Assembly: GCA_050247195.1 (NCBI GenBank)
Contig: JBFWUP010000004.1
Span: 187,522-251,521, forward strand
Direction: 5' to 3'
From: Candidatus Melainabacteria bacterium
GTDB taxonomy: Bacteria; Cyanobacteriota; Vampirovibrionia; Vampirovibrionales; Vampirovibrionaceae
DNA length: 64,000 nucleotides
In this document: one piece after another, positions 37,983 through 47,414 of the stretch
Layout of the letters: the number at the start of each line of letters is the position of its first letter
Position numbering within the stretch: the stretch's first letter is position 1
Made by a program: the position numbers and the translations under genes
Notes under the pieces: model-generated
Told to the model about the DNA's origin: nothing
What the model saw: the letters and a program-made list of their open reading frames with translations, nothing else
The model's database searches: none

Positions 37983-39629
37983 TCGGTATATTGACCGACT
38001 ATTTCTCTTTGAGAAAATCTTATAATCAGTTCCAGTACTTAATTTATCAATAAACCGGACAGTAATTTCGATAGGTAGAGATCGATCTCTTGGGTTAAAA
38101 TCAAATTCATCAAAAATATCTTTTTTTGTTTTGTCATCATATTGTTTGGACACTATCGTACTGTCTAATTCAATAATTCTATCCTGGTGATTAACAAACA
38201 AGATATTGTCCACCATATCAAATGTAAGGCTGCCGAAAGCCCAGAATGTTGGTTCATAAATAGGGATATTGGTGGTGACATCAAAAAATGGTTTCTTAAA
38301 ATGTATCGTCGTCACAGTGTTGTTGGGCTCTCGGACAACGGACACATCCTTGCCATGTTGCTTAAAAAACTGCTGAATAAGTGCAGGCGTGTTATTGAGG
38401 TTCGTGATCACCTCAATTGTATTGGGGTGTATGCCCTTTAATAGCTTTTTAGGGTCAACACTGTCGGAAAAACTCAGACCGCGAAGATCAATCTCAACCG
38501 GCTGTCCATTCCCCTGAAAGTAATGGTCCCATAGTTTGTTGTTCAGGTCATACGCATTTTCATACCGGATGAGTTTTCTGGGTCGGAAGATTGTTTTCGT
38601 TTTGGTTGCTGGCTGAATGGGCATCGCTTTTGCCTTGCTTGGTTCAGGTAGCTTTACCTGCTGCTCCCCCGCCGCGCGGGCCTGCCTGCGCGCCTCGTAC
38701 TGCCGCCAGCGGATCTCCTGCGCCTGCGCGCGCGCAAGTTCCGTCTGCGCAATCTCGTTATCCAGCCGGGCCTCCAGCGCCATCCGGCTTAAGTCCGCCT
38801 GTCGTTGCAAGGCTTCGCTCGCCATCAGGTCGTGCATGCTGACCGGTCTTTGCGCCATCTCCAGGTTGTTCTGTATCCAGTCCGCGTCTTCGGTAACGGG
38901 TGCTACATTGCTGGCGCCACTGCCTTTCAGCTCGGCCAGACCACCCGCTGTAAAGGCGGCGGATGTCGCTTCCACCGGATCCATCACCACCGGCGGGACG
39001 TCATGCTGAGTGACCGGGCCGCTGAACGGCGAATAGACGGCGGCAATCGCGCGGGCCATATGCCCTGTCTGCGGGTGATTCAGCGAGGCATCGATCTGAT
39101 CGCGGTAGGCCTCCTGAATCGTCTGCACCGTTTGCGCATAGGCCTGGCTGACCCGGTTGCTGCGGTTCGTGTCGCGATCGGGAACCGAACGGATGGGCGT
39201 CTCCGGCGCCGGCTCGCCAGCCCATTGTGGCGCGGGTTGCAGAGCCATCCTCCACACGTCACGCGCATACGGCGTGGGCTGCGCATTGTCCCAGACCAGC
39301 TGTTTCAGCGCTGCGCCAATCTGACCCAGCGCCGCTTCAAGCGGTCGCGTGTCCACTGACGACGGTGTCGGAGCGGGTTCATCATTCCCGCCACCCTCAT
39401 CATCGTCACCATCCTCGCTGTCATCTGAATCATCATCCTGAGGCTCCGGCTCATGGTCGGGTGGCGGCGCTCCGGTTTTTTCAACACGCCCCTCCAGCAC
39501 CCCTGGCATTGCCGACAGGTATTGCAGGGTGGTTCCCAGATCATGCCCCGGATAATGCGCCTCGGTAAAGTCTCGGAACAGGTTCATGATGTCGGTTTCA
39601 TCCCATATTCTCTTGGAAACAATCGTCAT
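37965..39629 (-). CDS. Polymorphic toxin with C-terminal colicin M-like (lipid II-degrading) domain
   Basis: GC-rich unknown N-terminal region. AT-rich C-terminus with HYFQGNG, FGSLTF, DEFDFNPRDR..E...R and GTDYKI, matching the colicin M motif order. Confidence 0.75.
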   Translation of the reverse strand: MTIVSKRIWDETDIMNLFRDFTEAHYPGHDLGTTLQYLSAMPGVLEGRVEKTGAPPPDHEPEPQDDDSDDSEDGDDDEGGGNDEPAPTPSSVDTRPLEAALGQIGAALKQLVWDNAQPTPYARDVWRMALQPAPQWAGEPAPETPIRSVPDRDTNRSNRVSQAYAQTVQTIQEAYRDQIDASLNHPQTGHMARAIAAVYSPFSGPVTQHDVPPVVMDPVEATSAAFTAGGLAELKGSGASNVAPVTEDADWIQNNLEMAQRPVSMHDLMASEALQRQADLSRMALEARLDNEIAQTELARAQAQEIRWRQYEARRQARAAGEQQVKLPEPSKAKAMPIQPATKTKTIFRPRKLIRYENAYDLNNKLWDHYFQGNGQPVEIDLRGLSFSDSVDPKKLLKGIHPNTIEVITNLNNTPALIQQFFKQHGKDVSVVREPNNTVTTIHFKKPFFDVTTNIPIYEPTFWAFGSLTFDMVDNILFVNHQDRIIELDSTIVSKQYDDKTKKDIFDEFDFNPRDRSLPIEITVRFIDKLSTGTDYKIFSKRNSRSIYRSRFSF

Positions 39630-39807
39630 ACTGTATTCCCCGTATTGGCGGGTGCTCGGCGGATCGAACCGTCACCCGTGAATTCAGCATGCCATGCTTT
39701 TCATATTCTGTCTGTAAATAATTCGCGAACGGAATTAACGGCAGTATGAAGCCCGCTCACCGACAGGCTTGTCTCGGCGGGCGGGCTGAAAGGTGGGAAG
39801 AAAACAA

Positions 39808-42800
39808 TTATTTGGCTGAGGAGGTACTTGCCGAACCGCTGTCGCCACGACCCTTGCCACCGATAATCGGCGACAGGAAATCGATAGCCGGACGGACAAT
39901 CATCCCGCCGCCGAAGCGCCAGCGGTCAAACGAACTCCCGGCATCGGTGTAATCCATATTGCCGTAGAGGGCCAGCCAGTCCGTCAGGTTCATAATCAGG
40001 TTGGCGTCAAACGAGGCAGTCATCGCCGTGTTCTCTTTGCTGGTCAGGCCATGGCCCCGGTTGAACGTCTGCACGCCCAGGCTGCCGCCCAGCTTGTACT
40101 CCAGCAATTTGTTCCACAGGTTGCCGCGGAAATCCAGCCGGCCGGCGTTCTGGAAGAAGGCTTTCGGGCTGAAGTACCCGCCAAAGTCGTAACCGTCCGC
40201 CGCAAGAATAGCAGGGGCCACACTGACCACCGGGCGGGTATTGCCCGCGCGGGTGACATCGAAAAACCCATTGGTGGTGTTTTTCTCATACCCAAAGTAC
40301 AGGGATTCAAACCCGAGACGCACCTTGTGGTTTTCGGCATAGTGCCAGTCGTAACCGCCACTCAGGTAAGCCAGGTTTTTGTAGTTGGTCGGCACGCGCT
40401 CCCCGTCCACATAGGCCCACTGGTAACCGGCATTCAGGTCAAAATCGTTGTTAAACGGGTGTGTGTTCAGTTCGGCAAACAGCCCGGTCTCGCGGGACTG
40501 GCCCACCAGCTTGCCGGCATAGCGGCCCATGTCCGGCACAATCCCCACCTGCGCCAGGTAGGAGTTGTACTGCGGCTGACGGAAGGAGCCCACCTTGGCC
40601 GCAATGGCATCGTTAAATTTGTACTCAATGCCACCCTGGTAGGTAATGTTGGAACTGCTGGACTGGTTAAACTGCGTGATGGCCATATCTCCATCCAGCG
40701 TCAGCCGGTCGGTGAGGCGGTAGGTCGCTCCCCAGGAATACGCCTGGCTCCAGGTGGCGTGTGGGCCACGCGCATAGGGCCCGGGGATGGAGTAATGGTA
40801 GGGATCCACGCTGACGCGCGCGCGCAGTTGCGGCGTGAGGGAAAAGGCCAGCTGGTTGGGAAAACCCCAGTAACGGAACTTACCCGTGGATTTTTCGCCA
40901 TCCTGCGTGCTGTAGAAAAAGCCGCCACGCAGCAGGGGACGCAGATCATTTTCCAGGCCCTCGCTCATACGAGTCAGGTCATCGTTGCGGAAACGGCCCA
41001 GCCCCGACAGCAGCGGGTTGGTGTCATAGTTAATCGCACTGAAAATCCCGTACTCAGGGTTGTTCTGAAGAAAGGCCAGTTCATCACTCTGTGCCTGGCT
41101 GCTGCCTGCCGTTTCATCCAGCACCGCCACGCCGGTCACAATGTGATCTTTGGAAAAAGCCACATCGCTCTGAATGCGATCCAGTTGTTTCTGGGAGGTT
41201 TTCTGAACGGCTTTCAGCGATTCGATCGCCATGTTCAGGGAGTCCATATCCGCCTGCAGTCTGGCCAGATCCGGGTGCACCCCAGCCTGCGGCGCCACCG
41301 GTGACGGGGGGGTCACCTCATCTAGGGAGACACGCTCTTCCACGGTTTTACGCAGGTAACTGGGCGCCTGTGATTGTTTCTCAGGCGCCGGTTCAGCGGC
41401 GGTATCCGCCGGCTGGTAGGGGAGAATGCTGTAATCAAACACGGTATCCGACGGTGACACGCCGGTCTGGATCACTTCATAATCCACCGGAATCAGCCAG
41501 TCACCGTTCAGGTCAGCCGGCCAGCCGTAGCCGGTAAAGTTGATGAGATGGCGGACCTTTTTCATCACATCAAACGCGTCATCATAGCGCCCGAGAAATT
41601 TGTTGACCTGCGCCAGCGCGACGGCCACATCCATTTCACCGGGATGGCGCTCAAACGCTTCTTCCAGATAGTCTTTGGCCACCAACTGCTTGCCGCTCCA
41701 CATCAGGGCGTAGCCTTTGGTCACAATGGCGTCAATGTTGTTGGGATTGATCGCCAGAACGGCATCACACTGCTCAATGGCCGCACTGTAGTGGCGTTCA
41801 TAGGAGAGCAGCTTTCCCAGGGCAATGCGGGCCGCCACATTGCCGGGATTTTCCTCAATGGCCTGGCGCAGCAGTTTCACCGCATCGTCCCGGTGACTTT
41901 TGTGCATCAGCAGCAGGTCCGTCCACTCCTGCTGCACCCGGTCATCACCCGGGTAGCGTTTGAGTAGATCATGATACAGATCCAGCGCTTCCTTAAAGTA
42001 GTCCGGATCGTTACGGTAGGCGCGGGCCACGGTCAGACGAATCGCGTAGTTATCCGGGTAGACGTTGGCCAGTTCCTGATAGAAGGAGATTTCCTTCACG
42101 GTGGCCTCATGCCAGAGCAGGGTCCGCTCCATACCTTTCAGCCACTGATCCTGGTGTGCCGGATCTTTCTGGGAGAGCGCCAGAAACATCCGGATGGCGT
42201 CATTCTGCCGGCTCTTCTGGTACGACAGAAAATCGGCATAGGCCCCTTCAACCTGGGTATCGCCCGGATGATCGGCCATCAGCTTCTGGAACGCCTGTTC
42301 GCTGGCCGTGAGGTTGGTTTTTTCGTTTTTCAGCATCTCCAGGTAATTGCTGCGGATGCTTTCAGGATCCTGAACATCTGCCGCACTCAGCGCCAGCTGA
42401 TAATATTTGTTGGCCTCACTAAACTGGCCGGTGGCCTCATAGCGTTTGGCCAGACGGAAAGCCGCCATGGCGTTGCCAGTGTCCTGGCTCAGTGATTCGG
42501 CGTACAGACGATCCATCAGGCTGCTGTCTTTCATCGACAGACTGCTCAGGTAGTCGGCAAACTCCAGTTTTTCGTCACTGCTCAGCTGGCCGGCTTCATA
42601 CAGCATTTTAAACGCCGCCATGGCCTGGGGGGCCTGCTGCGTATGCACATACGAACGCGCCATGCGCAGCTGAATATATTTTTCATTCTGTGTGGCTGCA
42701 GGCAACGACTGATCAAAGGTCAGCGCATCACTGTAGCGGCCCATATCAAAGGTCAGGCCTGCCATCCGCTCTTTCATGGCGGCGGCATCCCCGCCAGTCA

Positions 42801-43524
42801 GGCTGAGAATGCGGGGCCTGATGCGATCATACATCTCACCGGCCTCACCGGGGTGTTTGGCCTTATGCAATGCCAGGGTGTAATCCTGTTGCAGTTTCAG
42901 ATCGGAGGAGGATCCGGCGCTCAGGGTATCGCGGTAAACGGCAACCGCATCTTCGGCATGGCCGGTTTCGCTCAGAACCTTGGCGTACACCGCCTGCCAC
43001 GCCCGGTCTCCGGCGTATTTGGCGGCAATGGGCTGGGCGTAATCGTATGCTTCGGCAAAACGCCCCTCCCAGGAGAGCACTTCCGTGGCGCGTTTGGCAT
43101 GATCGGTATTACCCGGCTCCAGCATCGCCGCCTGCTTCAGGAAGGCAATGGCCTGCGGGCGGGTGGTTTTATCCCAGCTCAGCAACTCACCCAGGTTGGT
43201 CAGCGCCTCCAGATTGCCGGGGTTGAGTTGATGCACTTTATAATAGGTCTGCCGGGCGACTTCCAGATCGGCAGGCGTGCCCTGCTTGCGGTATGCCCGG
43301 GCCAGCCAGAGCTGGGCATCTTCGCTTTCGGGATGATCCGCCGCCGCCTGCCTGAGGAAGGGCAGGGCTTTTTCAATATAGCCTTTGTTGTAAAACACCA
43401 TGCCCTGCTTATATTCCGGGCCCAGATCGGCCGCTTCCGTGGTGAGCATCCACCAGGGCAGAACCAGCAGGCCGGCGGTCAGCAGCAACGGCATGGACCA
43501 GCGGGTGGCGGTGGGTTTCAGCAT
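39808..43524 (-). CDS. BcsC-like exported TPR protein with C-terminal beta-barrel
   Basis: Signal peptide, many TPRs (LGELLSW, LGKLLSY), aromatic beta-strand-rich C-terminus with YFSP motif, downstream of bcsA. Confidence 0.75.
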   Translation of the reverse strand: MLKPTATRWSMPLLLTAGLLVLPWWMLTTEAADLGPEYKQGMVFYNKGYIEKALPFLRQAAADHPESEDAQLWLARAYRKQGTPADLEVARQTYYKVHQLNPGNLEALTNLGELLSWDKTTRPQAIAFLKQAAMLEPGNTDHAKRATEVLSWEGRFAEAYDYAQPIAAKYAGDRAWQAVYAKVLSETGHAEDAVAVYRDTLSAGSSSDLKLQQDYTLALHKAKHPGEAGEMYDRIRPRILSLTGGDAAAMKERMAGLTFDMGRYSDALTFDQSLPAATQNEKYIQLRMARSYVHTQQAPQAMAAFKMLYEAGQLSSDEKLEFADYLSSLSMKDSSLMDRLYAESLSQDTGNAMAAFRLAKRYEATGQFSEANKYYQLALSAADVQDPESIRSNYLEMLKNEKTNLTASEQAFQKLMADHPGDTQVEGAYADFLSYQKSRQNDAIRMFLALSQKDPAHQDQWLKGMERTLLWHEATVKEISFYQELANVYPDNYAIRLTVARAYRNDPDYFKEALDLYHDLLKRYPGDDRVQQEWTDLLLMHKSHRDDAVKLLRQAIEENPGNVAARIALGKLLSYERHYSAAIEQCDAVLAINPNNIDAIVTKGYALMWSGKQLVAKDYLEEAFERHPGEMDVAVALAQVNKFLGRYDDAFDVMKKVRHLINFTGYGWPADLNGDWLIPVDYEVIQTGVSPSDTVFDYSILPYQPADTAAEPAPEKQSQAPSYLRKTVEERVSLDEVTPPSPVAPQAGVHPDLARLQADMDSLNMAIESLKAVQKTSQKQLDRIQSDVAFSKDHIVTGVAVLDETAGSSQAQSDELAFLQNNPEYGIFSAINYDTNPLLSGLGRFRNDDLTRMSEGLENDLRPLLRGGFFYSTQDGEKSTGKFRYWGFPNQLAFSLTPQLRARVSVDPYHYSIPGPYARGPHATWSQAYSWGATYRLTDRLTLDGDMAITQFNQSSSSNITYQGGIEYKFNDAIAAKVGSFRQPQYNSYLAQVGIVPDMGRYAGKLVGQSRETGLFAELNTHPFNNDFDLNAGYQWAYVDGERVPTNYKNLAYLSGGYDWHYAENHKVRLGFESLYFGYEKNTTNGFFDVTRAGNTRPVVSVAPAILAADGYDFGGYFSPKAFFQNAGRLDFRGNLWNKLLEYKLGGSLGVQTFNRGHGLTSKENTAMTASFDANLIMNLTDWLALYGNMDYTDAGSSFDRWRFGGGMIVRPAIDFLSPIIGGKGRGDSGSASTSSAK

Positions 43525-43573
43525 GGGGGTGGCTCCTATTGCGTTTTCAGGGGGAAGGGGTGGTCGGTTTCTG

Positions 43574-46414
43574 TCAGCCGATGAGCGTGTGGAAGGCCTT
43601 GCTTTCCTCGGGGGCATGCAACTGCTGACTGATGCTGTCGAGCGTTTTCATATCCAGGCCATGGAAATAGATCAGCGCCATATAAGCGTGTCCGTGCGGC
43701 TGGGCGTCCATCACCCGGCCCGGATACACGCCCTGAACGTTCTGCTCGGCGTCCCAGATAATCTGCACGCTGACCTGTTCCTCGGGTTCGAGGATGTCGC
43801 CGTTCTTCAGGAGGACAATCAACCCGAGTTCACTGATTTCCTGAGTGGAGGCTTCCAGCCAGGTGTTGTTTTTGTTTTTGATGCGGCACTGAATGAATTT
43901 GTTGACCGACGGGGCCACGCGGATGAGGCCATCCTTGGGACGGTAGATGTTGCGGATGAGCTCCAGACGCTGATCGCGTGTCAGCTGGGTGAATTTCACG
44001 CCCGCCCGTATCTGCCCGCCGCCCAGATCATCGAGCCGGATAATGGTGCCGTTCACTTCGCTCACCTCGCCCGAGGGCCACTGCACCCGAACCGAGACCA
44101 TCTGACCCAGATCCAGGGAGACGTCCTTGCGCTTGAGATAAACCGAGATGCCGGACTCACTCACGTCATCCGAATGGCCCATCATATAGGTGCCATCCAC
44201 GTTCAGCACACAGGAGAGGGTAACCTGAAAACGCGGCGCGTTGCGTTTGAGGGGTTTCTCCATAAACCCGGCGATACGGAAGGGTGTCAGCAGGAGATCC
44301 CAGAAGGAATCCACGGAAGGCCGGTAGACATAATCATCCCCCCACACATCGGCAGAGCCGAACATGTGCCGGATGAGGCGCTGGTGCTGAACCTCATTGC
44401 GCTCCACAATCTTGAAACCAATCTGGTGCTGGTTATGCTCGTTCAGCGTGCTTCTCACCGCCTGGACAGAGATCACCGTCGTCTCGTTGATCTCCCAGTC
44501 CATCAGCTTCAGCTGCACCTGGCCGGAAATCGGCACGGGCTCGTTAAACACCACCGCCACACCGCTTTCGCTGATGTTGGTGGTATAGCCCACAGCAATG
44601 GAGCCATCCAACAACTTGATCTCGCAACGGATACGGCGGGGAATCCGGGGCGTCAGGCGGAACTGGGGGCGCTCCTGCGCCACGTAAATGGCGCCCAGCA
44701 GCAGCACCAGGTTATAGGCCGCCCAGAACAGGTTGGTATAAATCCCTCCGGCGTACTCGGGCGTGTAAATACCGCGGGAAATGGCCATACCGATGCCCAC
44801 AATGGTCAGCGCCGTCACAATGACCTGCGGAAAAACCACCCGCCAGTTAAAGTTCAGCCGTTCTTTCAGACCACCCTTGGGCGTCACGCGGAATTTGGCG
44901 CGTTTGGGCGACAGGAAGGTAAACGTGGTGGTCAGTGTCATGTAAATACAGCAGGCCGCCTCATGCACCTCGGACCAGAAGGCGTGACGCACGCCCTTGG
45001 AGATCAGCGTGTAGCCCAGAAAAGCGCACACAAAGCTCGGCACGTAATAAATCAGCACTTCCACAAAGCCCGAGTTGATGGTTTTGTAGCCGAACAACAG
45101 AAAGAACAGCGGGGCGATCATAAAAATCAGGCGCGGCAGGCCATGGAAGAAGTACCACATCCCGGAGAAATAGCAGATGCGTTGCGGCAGACGGAGGCCT
45201 TTAATCAGCAGGGGATTGTCCAGCACGAAAATCTGGGTCATACCGCGCGCCCAGCGCAGGCGCTGTTTAATAAAGTCGGCAAAACTCTCCTGGGAGAGGC
45301 CGGCAGCGAGATCGCGGTTATAAAAGAGCGATTTCCAGCCCTTGCTGTGCAGGCGCAGGCCGGTATGCACGTCTTCGGTGATGGTTTCCACAGCGAACCC
45401 GCCAATACCCATCAGGGCATCGCGACGGAAAATTGCGCCGCTGCCGCCGAAGAACGCCGCACCCCAGTAATCGTTACCGGGTTCAATGACGTGGAAGAAC
45501 AGATCCTGCTCATTGTTCATGGTTTCCGTGGCCAGCAGGTTGCGCTGGAACGGATCCTTGGTGAAGAAGTGCTGGGGCGTCTGGACAAAGCCCAGTTTGT
45601 TATCCGTCAGAAAGAAGCCCACGACTTCCTGCAGAAAGGACTTGCAGGGAACATGATCCGCATCAAACACCAGCACCAGATCGCTCTGGGTGTGATCCAT
45701 GGCGTTGTTCAGGTTGCCGGCCTTAGCGTGGATGTTCTGGGTGCGCGCAATGTAGTTGGCGCCCAGCTTCTCGGCCAGTTCGCGCATTTCGGGCCGGTTG
45801 CCGTCATCCAGCAGGTTCACCGTTTTGCGGGGATAGTCAATGCTCATACAGCCCACCAGGGTGCGGTATAGCACGCTCACGGGCTCGTTATAGGTACAGA
45901 CCATCACATCCACACTGGGCAGTTGCTCCGGCTGGTAGCGCGCCAGACTGACCGGCTTGTGGCTCGTTTCGCCATACATCTGAAAATAGCCCAGCAGCAT
46001 GGCGAAAAAGGCCATCACCTCAGCCAGGAAGATGGTGACGGAAATGGCGATGGCAACCGGTGAGCTGAGATCCAGCGTGAAAAAACCGCGCCACAACAGG
46101 TGACGCAGCATCACCACGGTGGTCAGCACCATCACAAAATGGCGGGCCCTTGGAAAGAAGAAATACGTGGCCAGCATCACGCCGATAAACAGCAGGGACA
46201 GAAAAGCCTGCAGCATCAGCGGCAAACCCAGCGTCAGGGTGGGAAACAGCGGCCGAGACAGACTGCCGGTATAGCTGTAAGCCAGCTCGGCAATGGTCTG
46301 GGCGCCGGCATTGGGCGTAACGCCGGACGCTGAGGTGGGGAACTGCCCGAGCAGGAACAACAGCCCCACAGAAAGCAGGGCAAATGCCACAAGGACCACT
46401 ACCTTTTTGATCAT
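43574..46414 (-). CDS. bcsA: Cellulose synthase catalytic subunit with three PilZ-like domains
   Basis: TYNEP, LLDDG, HAKAGN, FDAD, QTPQ, TED, QRLRW, FRVTPK. RxxxR and (D/N)xSxxG motifs repeated in the C-terminus. Confidence 0.9.
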   Translation of the reverse strand: MIKKVVVLVAFALLSVGLLFLLGQFPTSASGVTPNAGAQTIAELAYSYTGSLSRPLFPTLTLGLPLMLQAFLSLLFIGVMLATYFFFPRARHFVMVLTTVVMLRHLLWRGFFTLDLSSPVAIAISVTIFLAEVMAFFAMLLGYFQMYGETSHKPVSLARYQPEQLPSVDVMVCTYNEPVSVLYRTLVGCMSIDYPRKTVNLLDDGNRPEMRELAEKLGANYIARTQNIHAKAGNLNNAMDHTQSDLVLVFDADHVPCKSFLQEVVGFFLTDNKLGFVQTPQHFFTKDPFQRNLLATETMNNEQDLFFHVIEPGNDYWGAAFFGGSGAIFRRDALMGIGGFAVETITEDVHTGLRLHSKGWKSLFYNRDLAAGLSQESFADFIKQRLRWARGMTQIFVLDNPLLIKGLRLPQRICYFSGMWYFFHGLPRLIFMIAPLFFLLFGYKTINSGFVEVLIYYVPSFVCAFLGYTLISKGVRHAFWSEVHEAACCIYMTLTTTFTFLSPKRAKFRVTPKGGLKERLNFNWRVVFPQVIVTALTIVGIGMAISRGIYTPEYAGGIYTNLFWAAYNLVLLLGAIYVAQERPQFRLTPRIPRRIRCEIKLLDGSIAVGYTTNISESGVAVVFNEPVPISGQVQLKLMDWEINETTVISVQAVRSTLNEHNQHQIGFKIVERNEVQHQRLIRHMFGSADVWGDDYVYRPSVDSFWDLLLTPFRIAGFMEKPLKRNAPRFQVTLSCVLNVDGTYMMGHSDDVSESGISVYLKRKDVSLDLGQMVSVRVQWPSGEVSEVNGTIIRLDDLGGGQIRAGVKFTQLTRDQRLELIRNIYRPKDGLIRVAPSVNKFIQCRIKNKNNTWLEASTQEISELGLIVLLKNGDILEPEEQVSVQIIWDAEQNVQGVYPGRVMDAQPHGHAYMALIYFHGLDMKTLDSISQQLHAPEESKAFHTLIG

Positions 46415-46665
46415 GGGGAGAAACTCTCTCTGACAATCTGTCTGACTTGGTGCTTACGCCAGCCTGTTCAAACCCAGGGCTCTCCGCCGCCAGTAACCGG
46501 TTTCCTGCCCTTCATCGTCATTGTGTTCCGGAAATCCTCCCGGACCGGCCCTGTGCAGAGAATCTGGCACTTCTGATTGTCGTTTTTCCGGACGAAAACC
46601 ACACCCCCTCAATACAGGAGTTTCAGGACACCCTTCCCTCATGTGGCGGAGGCGGATTCGGGTGA

Positions 46666-47289
46666 TCAGGCCCAGTAACGCACGCTGGCGCCAATAACAG
46701 GCAGCGGGGGCGTTCTGTCCGTAACCGTCTGAAAAGCCATATAAATGGCCGGCACCGGCACCACCAAAATCAGCAGAATGTGGTAGATGAAACTCATCAC
46801 CGACGAGATGGGCAACGCGAGGGCTCCCAGACCCGGCAGAGTCAAAAGCGTTTCAGTCAGGGCAAATAATTTAGTGACGATAATCAGAAACAAAAGCGCC
46901 ACCATAAACCACAAGGCCATGTTCAGCCAGTGGTACTTCACAAAATAAGGGGGCGTCATTCCCCGGGAGCGGCCATGAAGCAACCAGTAAATACCGGCCG
47001 AAAGGCCCAGGATCAAAGAGGCTTCCCGGAACAGATAACAGAGTATTACGGCCAGCAGCAGTAAAACCCATTTCTTCTGGCGCACCACCGGAGCCAGGTG
47101 AGCACGGTAGACCACCAGCACGGCAAAATACACGCCCAGCCCCAGCACAATATTCAGACCATTCTCCGGTACGCTATGGTAAAGCTGCCAGCCCAGCAAC
47201 AGGTACAATCCGGCCATCAGTATATTCACCGCTCCCCCATATGGGCGGCTGCTGCGTCCGGTGCCGGCGGGTGTCCTTGTTGGCGCCAT
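46666..47289 (-). CDS. Integral membrane protein, C-terminal half Tic20/DUF4870-like
   Basis: Multiple TM helices. PYFVKYH...PLPVIGASV pattern. Confidence 0.55.
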   Translation of the reverse strand: MAPTRTPAGTGRSSRPYGGAVNILMAGLYLLLGWQLYHSVPENGLNIVLGLGVYFAVLVVYRAHLAPVVRQKKWVLLLLAVILCYLFREASLILGLSAGIYWLLHGRSRGMTPPYFVKYHWLNMALWFMVALLFLIIVTKLFALTETLLTLPGLGALALPISSVMSFIYHILLILVVPVPAIYMAFQTVTDRTPPLPVIGASVRYWA

Positions 47290-47414
47290 AGGTATTGTTG
47301 TATCACATTTTTTCAACCAGCGGCGCAGTTTGGCCAAAGCACGGCAGGAATGATACAATCGTTAGCCGTGCCGCCCCGTCATCCGCGGAAGCTGTTCCGC
47401 CCCGTCCGTATCCG

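Larger units (their letters stand above)
36375..38725. repeat. Tandem ~1.17 kb toxin-tip/immunity cassette duplication
   Basis: 36375-36547 matches 37549-37721 (1 mismatch seen) and 37274-37548 matches 38451-38725 (3 mismatches seen). The central parts are divergent. Confidence 0.95.

Noticed and set aside
36375-38725. Diversity-generating retroelement TR/VR pair
   Set aside because: Differences are not adenine-specific, include indels, and no reverse transcriptase is present in the window.
39630-39807. SOS box upstream of the toxin, as for classical colicins
   Set aside because: GAAC half-sites exist but no GAAC-N4-GTTC-like palindrome. Only a GC-rich hairpin near 39750-39788.
43400-45871. 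823-aa plus-strand ORF
   Set aside because: Antisense shadow of bcsA caused by GC3-rich codon usage.
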